Origin: Candidatus Latescibacterota bacterium
GTDB taxonomy: Bacteria > Latescibacterota > UBA2968 > UBA8231
Direction of reading: 5' to 3'
Length of the DNA stretch: 64,000 nucleotides
NCBI GenBank assembly: GCA_965217585.1
Contig: OZ244561.1
Location: 4,064,001-4,128,000, forward strand
Shown: piece by piece, positions 36,484-46,021 of the stretch
How positions within the stretch are numbered: the stretch's first letter is position 1
How the letters are laid out: every line of letters starts with the position of its first letter
Notes under the pieces: model-generated
Databases searched by the model: none
What the model saw: only the letters and a program-made list of their open reading frames with translations
What the model was told of the DNA's origin: nothing
Program-made: the position numbers and the translations under genes

Positions 36484-38199
36484 ATGAAATCTTTTTTTAG
36501 GCTTTCATGCCTTTGCCTCGTCTGCGCCGCGTTCACCGCGGCCAGCGTTCGGGCCGAGACCTCTTCCCCGCTGCTGCAGGCCATGCAGGAGGAATTGACC
36601 CGCTCCTTCAGTCTGCTCAAGGAGCAGCCGATCCCGCCCTACTACCTCAGCTACGAAATCACCGAGACGCAGGGGGTCCGCGTCGGAGCCTCCTTCGGCG
36701 TACTGACCTACAGCGACGAATCGCGCCGCCGCCAGCTCGACATCGATCTGCGCGTGGGGGACTACGCCTTCGACAATACGCATCAGGTGCGCGGCAGTCC
36801 TACCAATTGGTCCGACCGCTATTCGATGATCGAAATTCCCATTGAGGATGATCCGGACGCCATCCGCAGCGTGCTCTGGTACCACACCGACAAAAAATAC
36901 AAGCGCGCCATTGAACAACTGACCACGGTCAAGACCAACGTCCAGGTCAAGGTGGAAGAGGAAGACCAGTCGGACGATTTCTCCACAGAACCAGTCGAAC
37001 GCTATGTGGAAGCCCCCGCCTCCTTCGTCATCTCCCGCGACGAATGGGAGGCCAAGCTGAAGAAGTACACGGCCCCCTTCGCCCAATACGGCGATATCTA
37101 CGAAGCCAACGCCAGCCTCTCGGCCAATATCTCGACCCGCCAATACGTCAACAGCGAGGGCGGCGAGATCCAGACTTCGCAGGTGCTCTACCGCCTGTTC
37201 GTCTACGCCTTCACCAAAGCCGACGACGGCATGGAGTTGCCGCGCTACGAATCCTTCTCCGCCTTTGCCCCGGAGGGCCTGCCCGGCGACGACGAGGTCC
37301 TCGTCTTGGTCGATCGCATGATTGACGACTTGCACGCCCTGCGCGACGCCCCGGTGGTGGCTCCCTACACCGGTCCGGCGATTCTCTCGGGCCGCGCCAG
37401 TGGCGTCCTCTTCCACGAAATCTTCGGCCATCGCATTGAGGGCCACCGCCAGAAGCGCGAGGACGAGGGCCAGACCTTTAAGAAGAAAGTGGGGGAGAAA
37501 GTCCTGCCCGAGACCTTCTCGGTTTACTTCGATCCCACCCAGACAAGCAGCGCCGGCAAGGATCTGGTGGGGGCCTATGCGTATGACAATCAGGGCGTCA
37601 AGGGGCGTCGGGTGGCCGTCGTCGAGAACGGGATTTTTCGCCGCTTCCTCATGTCGCGCTCGCCGATCGAGAATTTCTCCCATTCCAATGGCCACGGACG
37701 CAAGCAGCCGGGCTATACCCCTGTGGCGCGCCAGTCCAACCTCATCGTCGAGACCTCGGAGCCGCTGACCCGGAATCAGCTCAAGGAAATGCTCATCGAA
37801 CAGTGCCGCATGGAGAACAAGGAGTTCGGTCTCTACTTCGAGGACATCCAGGGGGGATTCACCATCACCGGCCGCTCCATAGCCAACTCCTTCAACGTGC
37901 TTCCCATTCTGGTTTACCGCATTTACGCCGACGGGCGCGAAGAACTAGTGCGCGGAGTTGACCTGATCGGTACGCCGCTCACTGCCTTCAGTCAGATTGC
38001 CGCGGCTGACGATCAGATCGGCGTGTTCAATGGCATCTGCGGCGCTGAGTCGGGAGGCGTGCCCGTGGCTGCGGTTTCTCCTGGCATTTTCATCTCGCAG
38101 ATTGAAGTGCAGAAGAAGGATAAGTCCCAAGAGCGCCGACCCATCCTCGAAGTGCCTTTCTCTGAGTCCCCTGAAGAAGAAGCCGACGATCTCCTTTGA
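36484..38199 (+). CDS. TldD-family metallopeptidase with signal peptide
   Basis: Signal peptide ending ASVRA, LFHEIFGHRIEGHR (HExxxH), YDNQGV, SNGHGR, VRGVDLIG, CGAESG. Confidence 0.88.
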   Translation: MKSFFRLSCLCLVCAAFTAASVRAETSSPLLQAMQEELTRSFSLLKEQPIPPYYLSYEITETQGVRVGASFGVLTYSDESRRRQLDIDLRVGDYAFDNTHQVRGSPTNWSDRYSMIEIPIEDDPDAIRSVLWYHTDKKYKRAIEQLTTVKTNVQVKVEEEDQSDDFSTEPVERYVEAPASFVISRDEWEAKLKKYTAPFAQYGDIYEANASLSANISTRQYVNSEGGEIQTSQVLYRLFVYAFTKADDGMELPRYESFSAFAPEGLPGDDEVLVLVDRMIDDLHALRDAPVVAPYTGPAILSGRASGVLFHEIFGHRIEGHRQKREDEGQTFKKKVGEKVLPETFSVYFDPTQTSSAGKDLVGAYAYDNQGVKGRRVAVVENGIFRRFLMSRSPIENFSHSNGHGRKQPGYTPVARQSNLIVETSEPLTRNQLKEMLIEQCRMENKEFGLYFEDIQGGFTITGRSIANSFNVLPILVYRIYADGREELVRGVDLIGTPLTAFSQIAAADDQIGVFNGICGAESGGVPVAAVSPGIFISQIEVQKKDKSQERRPILEVPFSESPEEEADDLL

Positions 38200-38228
38200 T
38201 CCCGTTCCCATCCGGCAGGAGCCATCCC

Positions 38229-40001
38229 ATGCGCAAAAGGACCTTTATCCACGTTCTAACGACCGCTACCTTCTTGGCGTTTTCCGCCGTCCACGCCGAA
38301 GAAGACATTCTGCAGCGCGCCCTGCGCGACGAATTGGCGCGCTCGATGCAGCAACTCCAGCTCGAAGACCTAGAGCAGCCCTACTTCATTTCCTACCTCG
38401 TGCGCGAAGTAAAGTCCAAGAGCAGCTCGGCGACCTTCGGCAGTCTGCTGAACAGCGGCGAGGGGCACTCGCGAGCGCTCAGCGTCGAAGTGCGGGTCGG
38501 GGACTACGCCCTCGACAACACCAACTTCCGCTCGTTCTCCTTCGGCGGTACGGGAGTGGTGCGCATGTACGGCGGCAGCATGCAATTGCCCCTTGAGGAC
38601 GACTACGACGAGTTGCGACGCAAGATCTGGCTGGCCACCGACGGTGCCTACAAGAAGGCGCTCGAAGATCTGGCCAAGAAGCGCGCCACCTTGCAGAACA
38701 AAACCCGCACCGAGGAAATTCCCGATTTCAGCAAAGAAGAGCCCGCTACCGCAGCACACGAAATGGCACCCGCCGTCTTGGATCTCGACGCGCTGGAGCA
38801 GCGAGTGAGCCAGCTTTCGGGCCTGTTCCGCGAGATGCCCGACATCTACACTTCGCGGGTCCGTTTCAATGGCTCCAATACCTCGGCCCACTACCTCAAC
38901 AGCGAAGGCTCTTCCTTCTCCCGCACGAGCTCGTCGCTGGCCTTTACCGCGGTCGCCGCTACTCAAGCTTCCGACGGCATGCCGCTGGAGGACTTCGTCG
39001 CCGTGTACGCCCGTTCACCGGAAGACCTTCCCAGCGACGACGATCTAGCCGCGCAGATCGGTGCCATGGGCGAGCGTCTGAAGCAGCTTCGTCAGGCACC
39101 GCTGGTCGGGCGCTATACCGGCCCCGTGATCTTCTCGGGCCAGGCGGCCACGGAGCTGTTCAACCAGGGGTTTGTGCCCTATCTGCTATCGACGCGCCGG
39201 GCGCTGACCGACAATCCGCAATACGAGCGCTTCTACCCCCAGAAGAAGGAAAACCCTTTCCTCGACAAGATCGGCGTGCGCGTCCTGCCCGAATTCTTAG
39301 GAGTGCGCGCCGAGCCGCTCATGGGTGCCTATAAGAAGCAGCCCTTGTTCGGCGGCTACGAGGTGGACGACGAAGGCGTGCCGGCGCGTCCGATCCGCTT
39401 GGTGCGGAAGGGCGTGTTGGAGACCCTGTTGACGACGCGCACGCCCGTGCGCGGCATCGACCAGAGCACCGGCAGTCGCCGCGGTCCGGGCGTCGCCCCC
39501 AGCAATATTCTGGTCGAGGCGGAGAAGGGCCTGAGCGAAAAGCAGATCCGCAAGGAGTTTTTCAAGCTGATCAAAAGGCAGAAAAAACAGTACGGCTACA
39601 TCGTCACCCACATCGCCAACTCGTCGTACAACGTAGAACCTCAGGTTATCTACTATTCCTCCGGTTCCTCCGACGACGAGGACAAGCTGGCAAACGCGAT
39701 CTTCGTCTATAAAGTCTATCTCGACGACCGCGAGGAACTAGTGCGCAACGCGGAATTTGCGGGTATCGGCCTCTATACCTTCAAGGACATCGTGAAGGTG
39801 TCCAAGACGCTCGCGGTCAACACCGTTCCCTTTAGCTCGCAGAGCAACGATGCCTCTCCCTTTTCCGGCGGGCGGGGTGAGTCAGTCCTAGTGAGTATTG
39901 TCACCCCTCGTATGATCCTGTTCGAGGACATCACGCTCAAGCCGCCGAGCGGCGAGATTCCCAAAGCGCCCGTATCCACGCATCCCTTCTTCGACAAGTG
40001 A
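38229..40001 (+). CDS. TldE/PmbA-like partner with signal peptide
   Basis: Signal peptide ending AVHA. Paralogous to the upstream gene (PYFISY, RVGDYALDN, YTGPVIFSG, VDDEGVP) but lacks HExxxH. Confidence 0.85.
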   Translation: MRKRTFIHVLTTATFLAFSAVHAEEDILQRALRDELARSMQQLQLEDLEQPYFISYLVREVKSKSSSATFGSLLNSGEGHSRALSVEVRVGDYALDNTNFRSFSFGGTGVVRMYGGSMQLPLEDDYDELRRKIWLATDGAYKKALEDLAKKRATLQNKTRTEEIPDFSKEEPATAAHEMAPAVLDLDALEQRVSQLSGLFREMPDIYTSRVRFNGSNTSAHYLNSEGSSFSRTSSSLAFTAVAATQASDGMPLEDFVAVYARSPEDLPSDDDLAAQIGAMGERLKQLRQAPLVGRYTGPVIFSGQAATELFNQGFVPYLLSTRRALTDNPQYERFYPQKKENPFLDKIGVRVLPEFLGVRAEPLMGAYKKQPLFGGYEVDDEGVPARPIRLVRKGVLETLLTTRTPVRGIDQSTGSRRGPGVAPSNILVEAEKGLSEKQIRKEFFKLIKRQKKQYGYIVTHIANSSYNVEPQVIYYSSGSSDDEDKLANAIFVYKVYLDDREELVRNAEFAGIGLYTFKDIVKVSKTLAVNTVPFSSQSNDASPFSGGRGESVLVSIVTPRMILFEDITLKPPSGEIPKAPVSTHPFFDK

Positions 40002-40020
40002 AGGGTCGCCGAGACGCCGA

Positions 40021-41025
40021 TTAGACTCCGGTGAAGGCTTTGGCCTTGTCCTCTGTCTTGGGTGGCCGCGTCGGGCGGGCGGCGCGTAGCTCGCCCCAAA
40101 GGGCGATGGCGATGCCCACGAGGATGATGCCGCCGCCGATGAGCTGGGCTCGCATGGGCACCTCGCCTAGGATGAGACCGGCGAAGAGTACACCGGCCAC
40201 CGGCGAAAAGGACGAGGCCGTAGCAATATCGGCGGGGCGCACGCGCTTGATGCCGGCAAACCACGCCAACTGACCACAAGCCACCACGATCCCTCCGTAC
40301 AGCAGCATCCAGCCCCATAGCAGCGGGGAGAAGATGTCGGCGAAGTGGTCAAGGCCAAAAACGTATAGGCCAATTCCGAGGAAGAAGAGCGCGCCGACTA
40401 TATTGCGGAAGACGCTGAAGATGCCCAAGGGGATGGTCTGGAGTTGTTTGCGGCCGATCTCGGCACCGCAGACGAGGAGCACCGTAGCGGCGGCGGCAAA
40501 GAATTCACCATGGCCCACTCCGCCTTGCATCCGCGCTGCGGCCATGCTCTCTGGCGACGCGTCCATCTGCAAGACGAGGGTCGTGGCCACGCCGCCGAGG
40601 GCGCACAACGCCCCCAGTACTGCACTCCAGCTCGACTTTTCTCGATAGAGCAGCCAAGCCAACAACAGGCCGAGGGGAATTTCTATCGTCTCAATTAGGA
40701 CGATGTTGGTGACGGAGGTATGGGCGATGGCCGTAAACATCATGGCCGGGGCTATTGCGCCGGAGGTAAGGGCCAAGGCCGTCTGCACCAGCCATTGCCG
40801 ACGCGATAGGGTGCGCAGGCGGGTGGGGTGCCATTCCCGGTGATAGAGGGCGAACAGGGTTAGTGCCGCGACGAGATTGCCGGCGAAAAGCAGGTTGCAA
40901 AAGGAAATGGGATTGCTGCCGTCTATCAGGTTTGCCTCGCCGATTTCGACGAGGCGGGCCACCACCGAAGCGGCGGCGGCGAAGATCAGTATGGCGATCC
41001 ACAGGTATGTTCGTCCCCAGGTCAT
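40021..41025 (-). CDS. EamA/DMT family transporter
   Basis: About 10 TM helices in two repeats; SFSPVAGVLFAGLILGE, QLIGGGIILVG. Confidence 0.88.
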   Translation of the reverse strand: MTWGRTYLWIAILIFAAAASVVARLVEIGEANLIDGSNPISFCNLLFAGNLVAALTLFALYHREWHPTRLRTLSRRQWLVQTALALTSGAIAPAMMFTAIAHTSVTNIVLIETIEIPLGLLLAWLLYREKSSWSAVLGALCALGGVATTLVLQMDASPESMAAARMQGGVGHGEFFAAAATVLLVCGAEIGRKQLQTIPLGIFSVFRNIVGALFFLGIGLYVFGLDHFADIFSPLLWGWMLLYGGIVVACGQLAWFAGIKRVRPADIATASSFSPVAGVLFAGLILGEVPMRAQLIGGGIILVGIAIALWGELRAARPTRPPKTEDKAKAFTGV

Positions 41026-41035
41026 TAGTAGTGGT

Positions 41036-43132
41036 TCAACGCGCTTCTGCCGCTGTCAGCACCATCTGCCCAACCTCGTCCACACGCACTTGGTACTGAG
41101 GATGGACGACGGTGGTTGAATCAATCTCCTCGACGATGGCCGGCCCTTGTACCATCGCACCAGCCCCCAACGCATAGCGGTCGTACACCGGGCAATCGAC
41201 GAATCCCTCGCTCTCGGCGAAATACACCGGGCGCTGTCCTTTGGCCGTCACTTCTCCGGTTGCCTGTGCCAGCGGTGCCAGCGCGGGTTTGGCGATCTGG
41301 CCGATGGCCGAGAGCCGCACACTGACTAGCTCGACGTCCTCACCCGGAGCGCTAAAGCCATAGGCGCGATCGTGCGTGCGGTGGAACTGTTCCAATAGCT
41401 GCGTTAGCTGCGCTGAACCCAAGGCTTCGGTTGTCAACGGCAGCGTCAGCTCGTGGCTTTGCCCAACGTAGCGCAGATCCGCTTGGCGTCTGAAGTCCAT
41501 CGCCGCTTCCGCCATCCCTTCGCGCCCAAGCGTTTCTCGCCCTTGTGCCTCTAACTCGCGAAAGGTCTGCTCCAAGGCTTGGGGAGCTACTTGGTCCAGT
41601 CGCTGGATGAGGGTGGTCGCGTAATCGTGTTTTAAGTCCGTCACCAACAGTCCTAGGGCCGAGGCCGTGCCCGGACTTTGGGGAATGATCGCCACGGGAA
41701 TCTCGGTCAGAGCGGCGAGGCGATTGGCGTGAGCCGGCCCTGCGCCACCAAAGGCCACCAGCGCGAAGTCGCGCGGGTCGTAGCCGCGCTGCACGGAAAC
41801 CAGCCGCAGCGCGTTGACCATGGCGGTGTTGGCGATCTCGACGATGCCGTGGGCAGCCTCTACCAAGTCCATGCCCAGCGGCTGCGCGCAGTGTTGTTCG
41901 ATGGCGCGTTGTGCCGCCGTTGGGTCTAGGGCGATCTCGCCGCCAAGGAAATAGCTCGGGTTGAGCCGCCCCAATACGAGGTTGGCGTCGGTGACCGTGG
42001 GTTGCGTCCCGCCTTGGCCATAGCAAGCCGGCCCAGGATCGGCCCCGGCGCTTTGGGGCCCGACCCGCAGGATGCCGCCCGGATCCACCCAGGCGATGGA
42101 CCCACCTCCCGCGCCGATTTCCACGAGGTCGATTACTGGTGTGCGGATTGGATAGCCGGCCCCCCGAGTCGCTCCGACGCCCGTTTGCGCTGTCGTCCCG
42201 ACCTCGTAGTCCTTGGTCACGCTGGGCGTGCCGCCTTGGATCAGCCCGGCTTTGGCGGTCGTCCCGCCCATATCGAAGGAAATCACTTGATCGTAGCCCC
42301 GCGCCTGCCCCAGATGCGCCGCCGCAATTACCCCGGCAGCCGGACCGGACTCAACCATGTACACCGGCTTTTGCCGCGCCGCCGCAAAGGTGTACACCCC
42401 GCCGCTACTCTGCATAACCAGCAGCTCGGCGGCGATACCGGCCTGTGCCAACCGATCTTCGATCCGCTGCAAATAGCGCGCAACCACCGGGCGGATGCAG
42501 CTATTGATCACGGTCGTGCTGGCCCGCAAGTACTCGCGGAACTCGGGCGCAACTTCCGCCGACAGCGAGACGACGGCCTCGGGAAAGACCTCGGCGATAA
42601 TCTCCCCGGCCCGCCGCTCGTGGGCCGGATTGGCGTAGGCGTGCAGAAAGCAGACGGCGATGGACTCGACGCCCTCGTCGCGCAGCTTGTTGGCTACTTG
42701 GCGCAGGGCGTCTTCGTCAAGTGGAGCAAGTACTTGGCCTTGTGCGTCTAGGCGCTCGGGTACGCCAAAACAGCGGTGGCGCGGCACGAGCGGACGCGGC
42801 TTTTCAAACTGCAAGTCGTAGAGGGTGGGGCGGATCTGGCGGGCGATTTCCAGCATATCGCGGAAGCCCTCGGTGGTGATAAAGCCGGTCGGCGCGACCT
42901 TGCCTTCGATGATGGCGTTGGTGGCTACCGTGGTGCCGTGGACGATGTAGGCCACGTCTTGGGCGGCGACCTGCTGCTTGGCGAGCAGTCGCTGCACAGC
43001 TTCCATAAACCCGCCGGATGGGTCTTGGGGGGTCGAGGAGACCTTGCCGGTATAGATTTGCCCAGTCGCTTCGTCAATGAGCGCAATGTCGGTAAAGGTG
43101 CCGCCGATATCGACGCCGAGTCTATAGGCCAT
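41036..43132 (-). CDS. Hydantoinase/oxoprolinase A subunit
   Basis: Start ATG at 43132. LGVDIGGTFTD, HGTTVATN, ESGPAAG, DMGGTT, GAGGGSIA, FGGAG. Confidence 0.95.
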   Translation of the reverse strand: MAYRLGVDIGGTFTDIALIDEATGQIYTGKVSSTPQDPSGGFMEAVQRLLAKQQVAAQDVAYIVHGTTVATNAIIEGKVAPTGFITTEGFRDMLEIARQIRPTLYDLQFEKPRPLVPRHRCFGVPERLDAQGQVLAPLDEDALRQVANKLRDEGVESIAVCFLHAYANPAHERRAGEIIAEVFPEAVVSLSAEVAPEFREYLRASTTVINSCIRPVVARYLQRIEDRLAQAGIAAELLVMQSSGGVYTFAAARQKPVYMVESGPAAGVIAAAHLGQARGYDQVISFDMGGTTAKAGLIQGGTPSVTKDYEVGTTAQTGVGATRGAGYPIRTPVIDLVEIGAGGGSIAWVDPGGILRVGPQSAGADPGPACYGQGGTQPTVTDANLVLGRLNPSYFLGGEIALDPTAAQRAIEQHCAQPLGMDLVEAAHGIVEIANTAMVNALRLVSVQRGYDPRDFALVAFGGAGPAHANRLAALTEIPVAIIPQSPGTASALGLLVTDLKHDYATTLIQRLDQVAPQALEQTFRELEAQGRETLGREGMAEAAMDFRRQADLRYVGQSHELTLPLTTEALGSAQLTQLLEQFHRTHDRAYGFSAPGEDVELVSVRLSAIGQIAKPALAPLAQATGEVTAKGQRPVYFAESEGFVDCPVYDRYALGAGAMVQGPAIVEEIDSTTVVHPQYQVRVDEVGQMVLTAAEAR

Positions 43133-44858
43133 CGCTTGCCATTTCCCGCCGCTGGGCCTCGGTCGCCGCTTGATCGACTTGCCCAGTGGCGCTGTCGATG
43201 ACCACGCCATACGCGGCCCGCGCCCGCTCCGCGCTCACCTTGCCCTCGCGCACATCCTCGGCCACCGCTTGGGGGTCGCGCTGATGGGGTGGACCATAGC
43301 CGCCGCCGCCGCAAGTGCGATAGCTGAATACCGTATCGGCCGCCAGCGCGATTGTCGTCTTGGACCCCAATTCGACGTGCTGGCCTTCGGGGTCGAGGAT
43401 ATACCGAGCCTTGCCCCCGGCTTGTCCCCCGGCCAGCCCTTCCGGCCCCCAGCGGTCCCGATCCGACAAAACGGTAAAGGACACTTCGTGATCGATAAAT
43501 CGGTAGTCGCGCCGCAGTCCCAAGCCGCCGCGATACTGCCCAGCCCCCTCCGAGTCTTCTATCAGCTCATAGCGGTCAATCCGCAGCGGGTAGTTGATTT
43601 CGATCTCCTCAATCGGCGCGTTCTCCGTGTTTTGACCGTGGCACTGCACGGCGTCTGGCCCGTCTTTGGTACTGCGCCCCCCATAGCCGCCGGCCATCGT
43701 CTCGTAGTAGGAATAAAGCTGCCCAGTGCGTGGGTCCGTGCCACCAAAGCCCACTTGGCACATCGTCCCCTTGGTCGCGGCCGGAATCTTATCGGGCAGC
43801 GCCGGATGCAGTGCCTTGAGAATGACATCGGTGAGCCGGACCTGGGTCTCCCAACCTCCAACCACTGGCGAGGGGGCCGTGCAGTTGACGACCGTCCCCT
43901 CGGGAGCCACGAGCCTCACCTGCGCGTAAAATCCGGCGTTGACCGGCACGTCTTGGTCGATCAGGCACTTGAGCACATAAGCGCAGGCCGCAAAGGTCTG
44001 GGAGTAGGTAGAATTGACCGGTGCTCGGCGCTGAGGATCGCACCCGGTTAGGTCGAAGAGCACCCCCTCGTCGTCGATGACGATGCGGACTTGGAGCCGC
44101 ACCGGCTCGTCGGTAAAGCCGTCGTTATCGACGACGCCTGCGGCAGTGAACTCCCCCTTGGGCAACTTGGCCAGCTCGGATAACGTCCGCTCCTTGGTGT
44201 AGTCGATGAGCCGATCCATGTAGAAAGACGCCTGCGCCAACCCCACCTGCTCGACGAGGGAGTTGAGCCGGCGAATCCCCGAATTATTGGCCGCCACTTG
44301 GGCGCGAAAATCGCCGCGCGTCTCCCGCTTGGAGCGGATCTGGGCGATGACGAGTTCAAAGACATCGGCCGCAATCTCTCCCCGGCGCACCAGCTTTACC
44401 GGAGGAATGATGATGCCCTCCTGATACACCTGCTGGAAGGCACCGATGCTGGCCGGCGCGCCGCCCCCGACATCGACGTGATGGGCCAGATTGGCCACAT
44501 AGCCGAAGAGTTCCTCGCCGCAATAGACGGGCGAAATCAGTGTGATGTCGTTGAGATGGACTCCGCCGCGATAGGGGTCGTTGACGAGGATTGCGTCCCC
44601 GGCCTGCAAGTTCTCTGGACCGTATTCGGCGACCGCGCGGGGCGTGAGGATTGTTAGCGAGCCGAGGTGTACTGGTTGGGTAAAGGCTTGGGCGATGGGT
44701 CGCAACTGGCGGTCGAAAAAGGCGCAGGAGAAATCGGCGCGGGTTTTGATGTTGGTCGAATACGCGCTGCGCCGGAGGGCAATGGCCATCTCCTCGGTGG
44801 CTTCGAGCAAGGCGTTGCGAATGACCTCGAATTGGATGGGGTCGATCTGGTCGGGCAT
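43122..44858 (-). CDS. Hydantoinase B/oxoprolinase subunit
   Basis: DPIQFEV, RRSAYSTNIK, NDPYRGGVHLND, HHVDVGG, DSEGAGQYRGGLG, GGGGYG. Confidence 0.95.
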   Translation of the reverse strand: MPDQIDPIQFEVIRNALLEATEEMAIALRRSAYSTNIKTRADFSCAFFDRQLRPIAQAFTQPVHLGSLTILTPRAVAEYGPENLQAGDAILVNDPYRGGVHLNDITLISPVYCGEELFGYVANLAHHVDVGGGAPASIGAFQQVYQEGIIIPPVKLVRRGEIAADVFELVIAQIRSKRETRGDFRAQVAANNSGIRRLNSLVEQVGLAQASFYMDRLIDYTKERTLSELAKLPKGEFTAAGVVDNDGFTDEPVRLQVRIVIDDEGVLFDLTGCDPQRRAPVNSTYSQTFAACAYVLKCLIDQDVPVNAGFYAQVRLVAPEGTVVNCTAPSPVVGGWETQVRLTDVILKALHPALPDKIPAATKGTMCQVGFGGTDPRTGQLYSYYETMAGGYGGRSTKDGPDAVQCHGQNTENAPIEEIEINYPLRIDRYELIEDSEGAGQYRGGLGLRRDYRFIDHEVSFTVLSDRDRWGPEGLAGGQAGGKARYILDPEGQHVELGSKTTIALAADTVFSYRTCGGGGYGPPHQRDPQAVAEDVREGKVSAERARAAYGVVIDSATGQVDQAATEAQRREMASDGL

Positions 44859-44931
44859 GGTTTCTCGTGGTTTAAATGGGTTGGGTAATATATGACAGAC
44901 GCCGCTCGGGGTCAGCGGCGGGCGTGTCTGT

Positions 44932-45855
44932 TTAGACTGCGATTCGAGCCAGGTAAATACTGGTTTTTCCTTCGTGCGACGAATAGTAACTCATCCACAG
45001 CAGGCCCTCGTGTTCGACCATGCCGGGGTAGCTACAGTCGCCGCCGCTGGGTAGCCACAGCACCGGCTCATAACTGGTCAGAGTCATCCGCGCTAGGACC
45101 ATGGCTGCGCCACCTTCGGGATGCCGCCCGCGAGCACCGGCCCACAGCGCACCATCGGACCAGCGGATAAAATTAGGCCCTCCCATCCCCTCGTTGATCT
45201 GGGTCCACTGCCAGTCCGTGTACGGAGACTGGCTGGTCCCGATCCAGTCGGGCCGCACTAGGGCAATCATGGTACCGTCGGGCATAAAGCGCAGTGTGGT
45301 CTCGCTGGCCGTCCAAGTGTCATTGGGCAGGAAGAACTCGGTGATCCACTGCCAGTCGAGGCCGTCGGTGCTGGAGTAGAGAAACCCCCGGCGCGGATAG
45401 GACCCCTCGCCCAGCTTCGATACGCTGTAGGCGGTTTCCTCGTGCCAGGTGACGCGCCACAGCCAGTGGTCTTCCGCCAGCACTTTCTGCGGCGTAGTCC
45501 AGGTGTAGCCGTCGTCCGAAAAGGCAATGCGCGGTGCGCGGGTGCGGTACTCGGTGCCCGCGTACAGGCTGCCGCCGGCCACCAGCATCAGGCGTCCGTC
45601 GCTGGTGATCGACAGCTTGGGATCGCGCAGGTCCACCTCCTGTTCTACCAGGACTGCTGCCGACTTCCATACGCGGCCATCGTCTGAGCAAATGACGCGC
45701 ACGGTGCCGATACTCGGCCCGTGGTCTTGGGCCTCGCGGAAGGTAGACCACCACTGATCGGCGAAGCGCATCAGATCGGTGAAGGCGTTGTGCGGGCCGC
45801 GGTCCCAAATCTTCTCGACCGAGAGGATTTGCGGGGTTGTAGGGTGCGTATTCAT
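44932..45855 (-). CDS. BNR/Asp-box beta-propeller (sialidase-like) protein
   Basis: HNAFTDL, SDDGRVW, DLRDP, SDDGYTW, STDGLDW, GDCSYPG, YYSSHEGK. Confidence 0.8.
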   Translation of the reverse strand: MNTHPTTPQILSVEKIWDRGPHNAFTDLMRFADQWWSTFREAQDHGPSIGTVRVICSDDGRVWKSAAVLVEQEVDLRDPKLSITSDGRLMLVAGGSLYAGTEYRTRAPRIAFSDDGYTWTTPQKVLAEDHWLWRVTWHEETAYSVSKLGEGSYPRRGFLYSSTDGLDWQWITEFFLPNDTWTASETTLRFMPDGTMIALVRPDWIGTSQSPYTDWQWTQINEGMGGPNFIRWSDGALWAGARGRHPEGGAAMVLARMTLTSYEPVLWLPSGGDCSYPGMVEHEGLLWMSYYSSHEGKTSIYLARIAV

Positions 45856-46021
45856 CGTTCGTCTCCTCGTTAGACTTGGCGCGAAAGCTGTTTCACGTCC
45901 CCTTCTACGTCAAGTGTTACTCTACCGTTGATGTGACGGCTCGTTGACATATCGGGTATGCAAGTTTGATTATGATGCACTACACGCAAGTTGCACTGGC
46001 TCCAGAACGAAAATTGAGATC

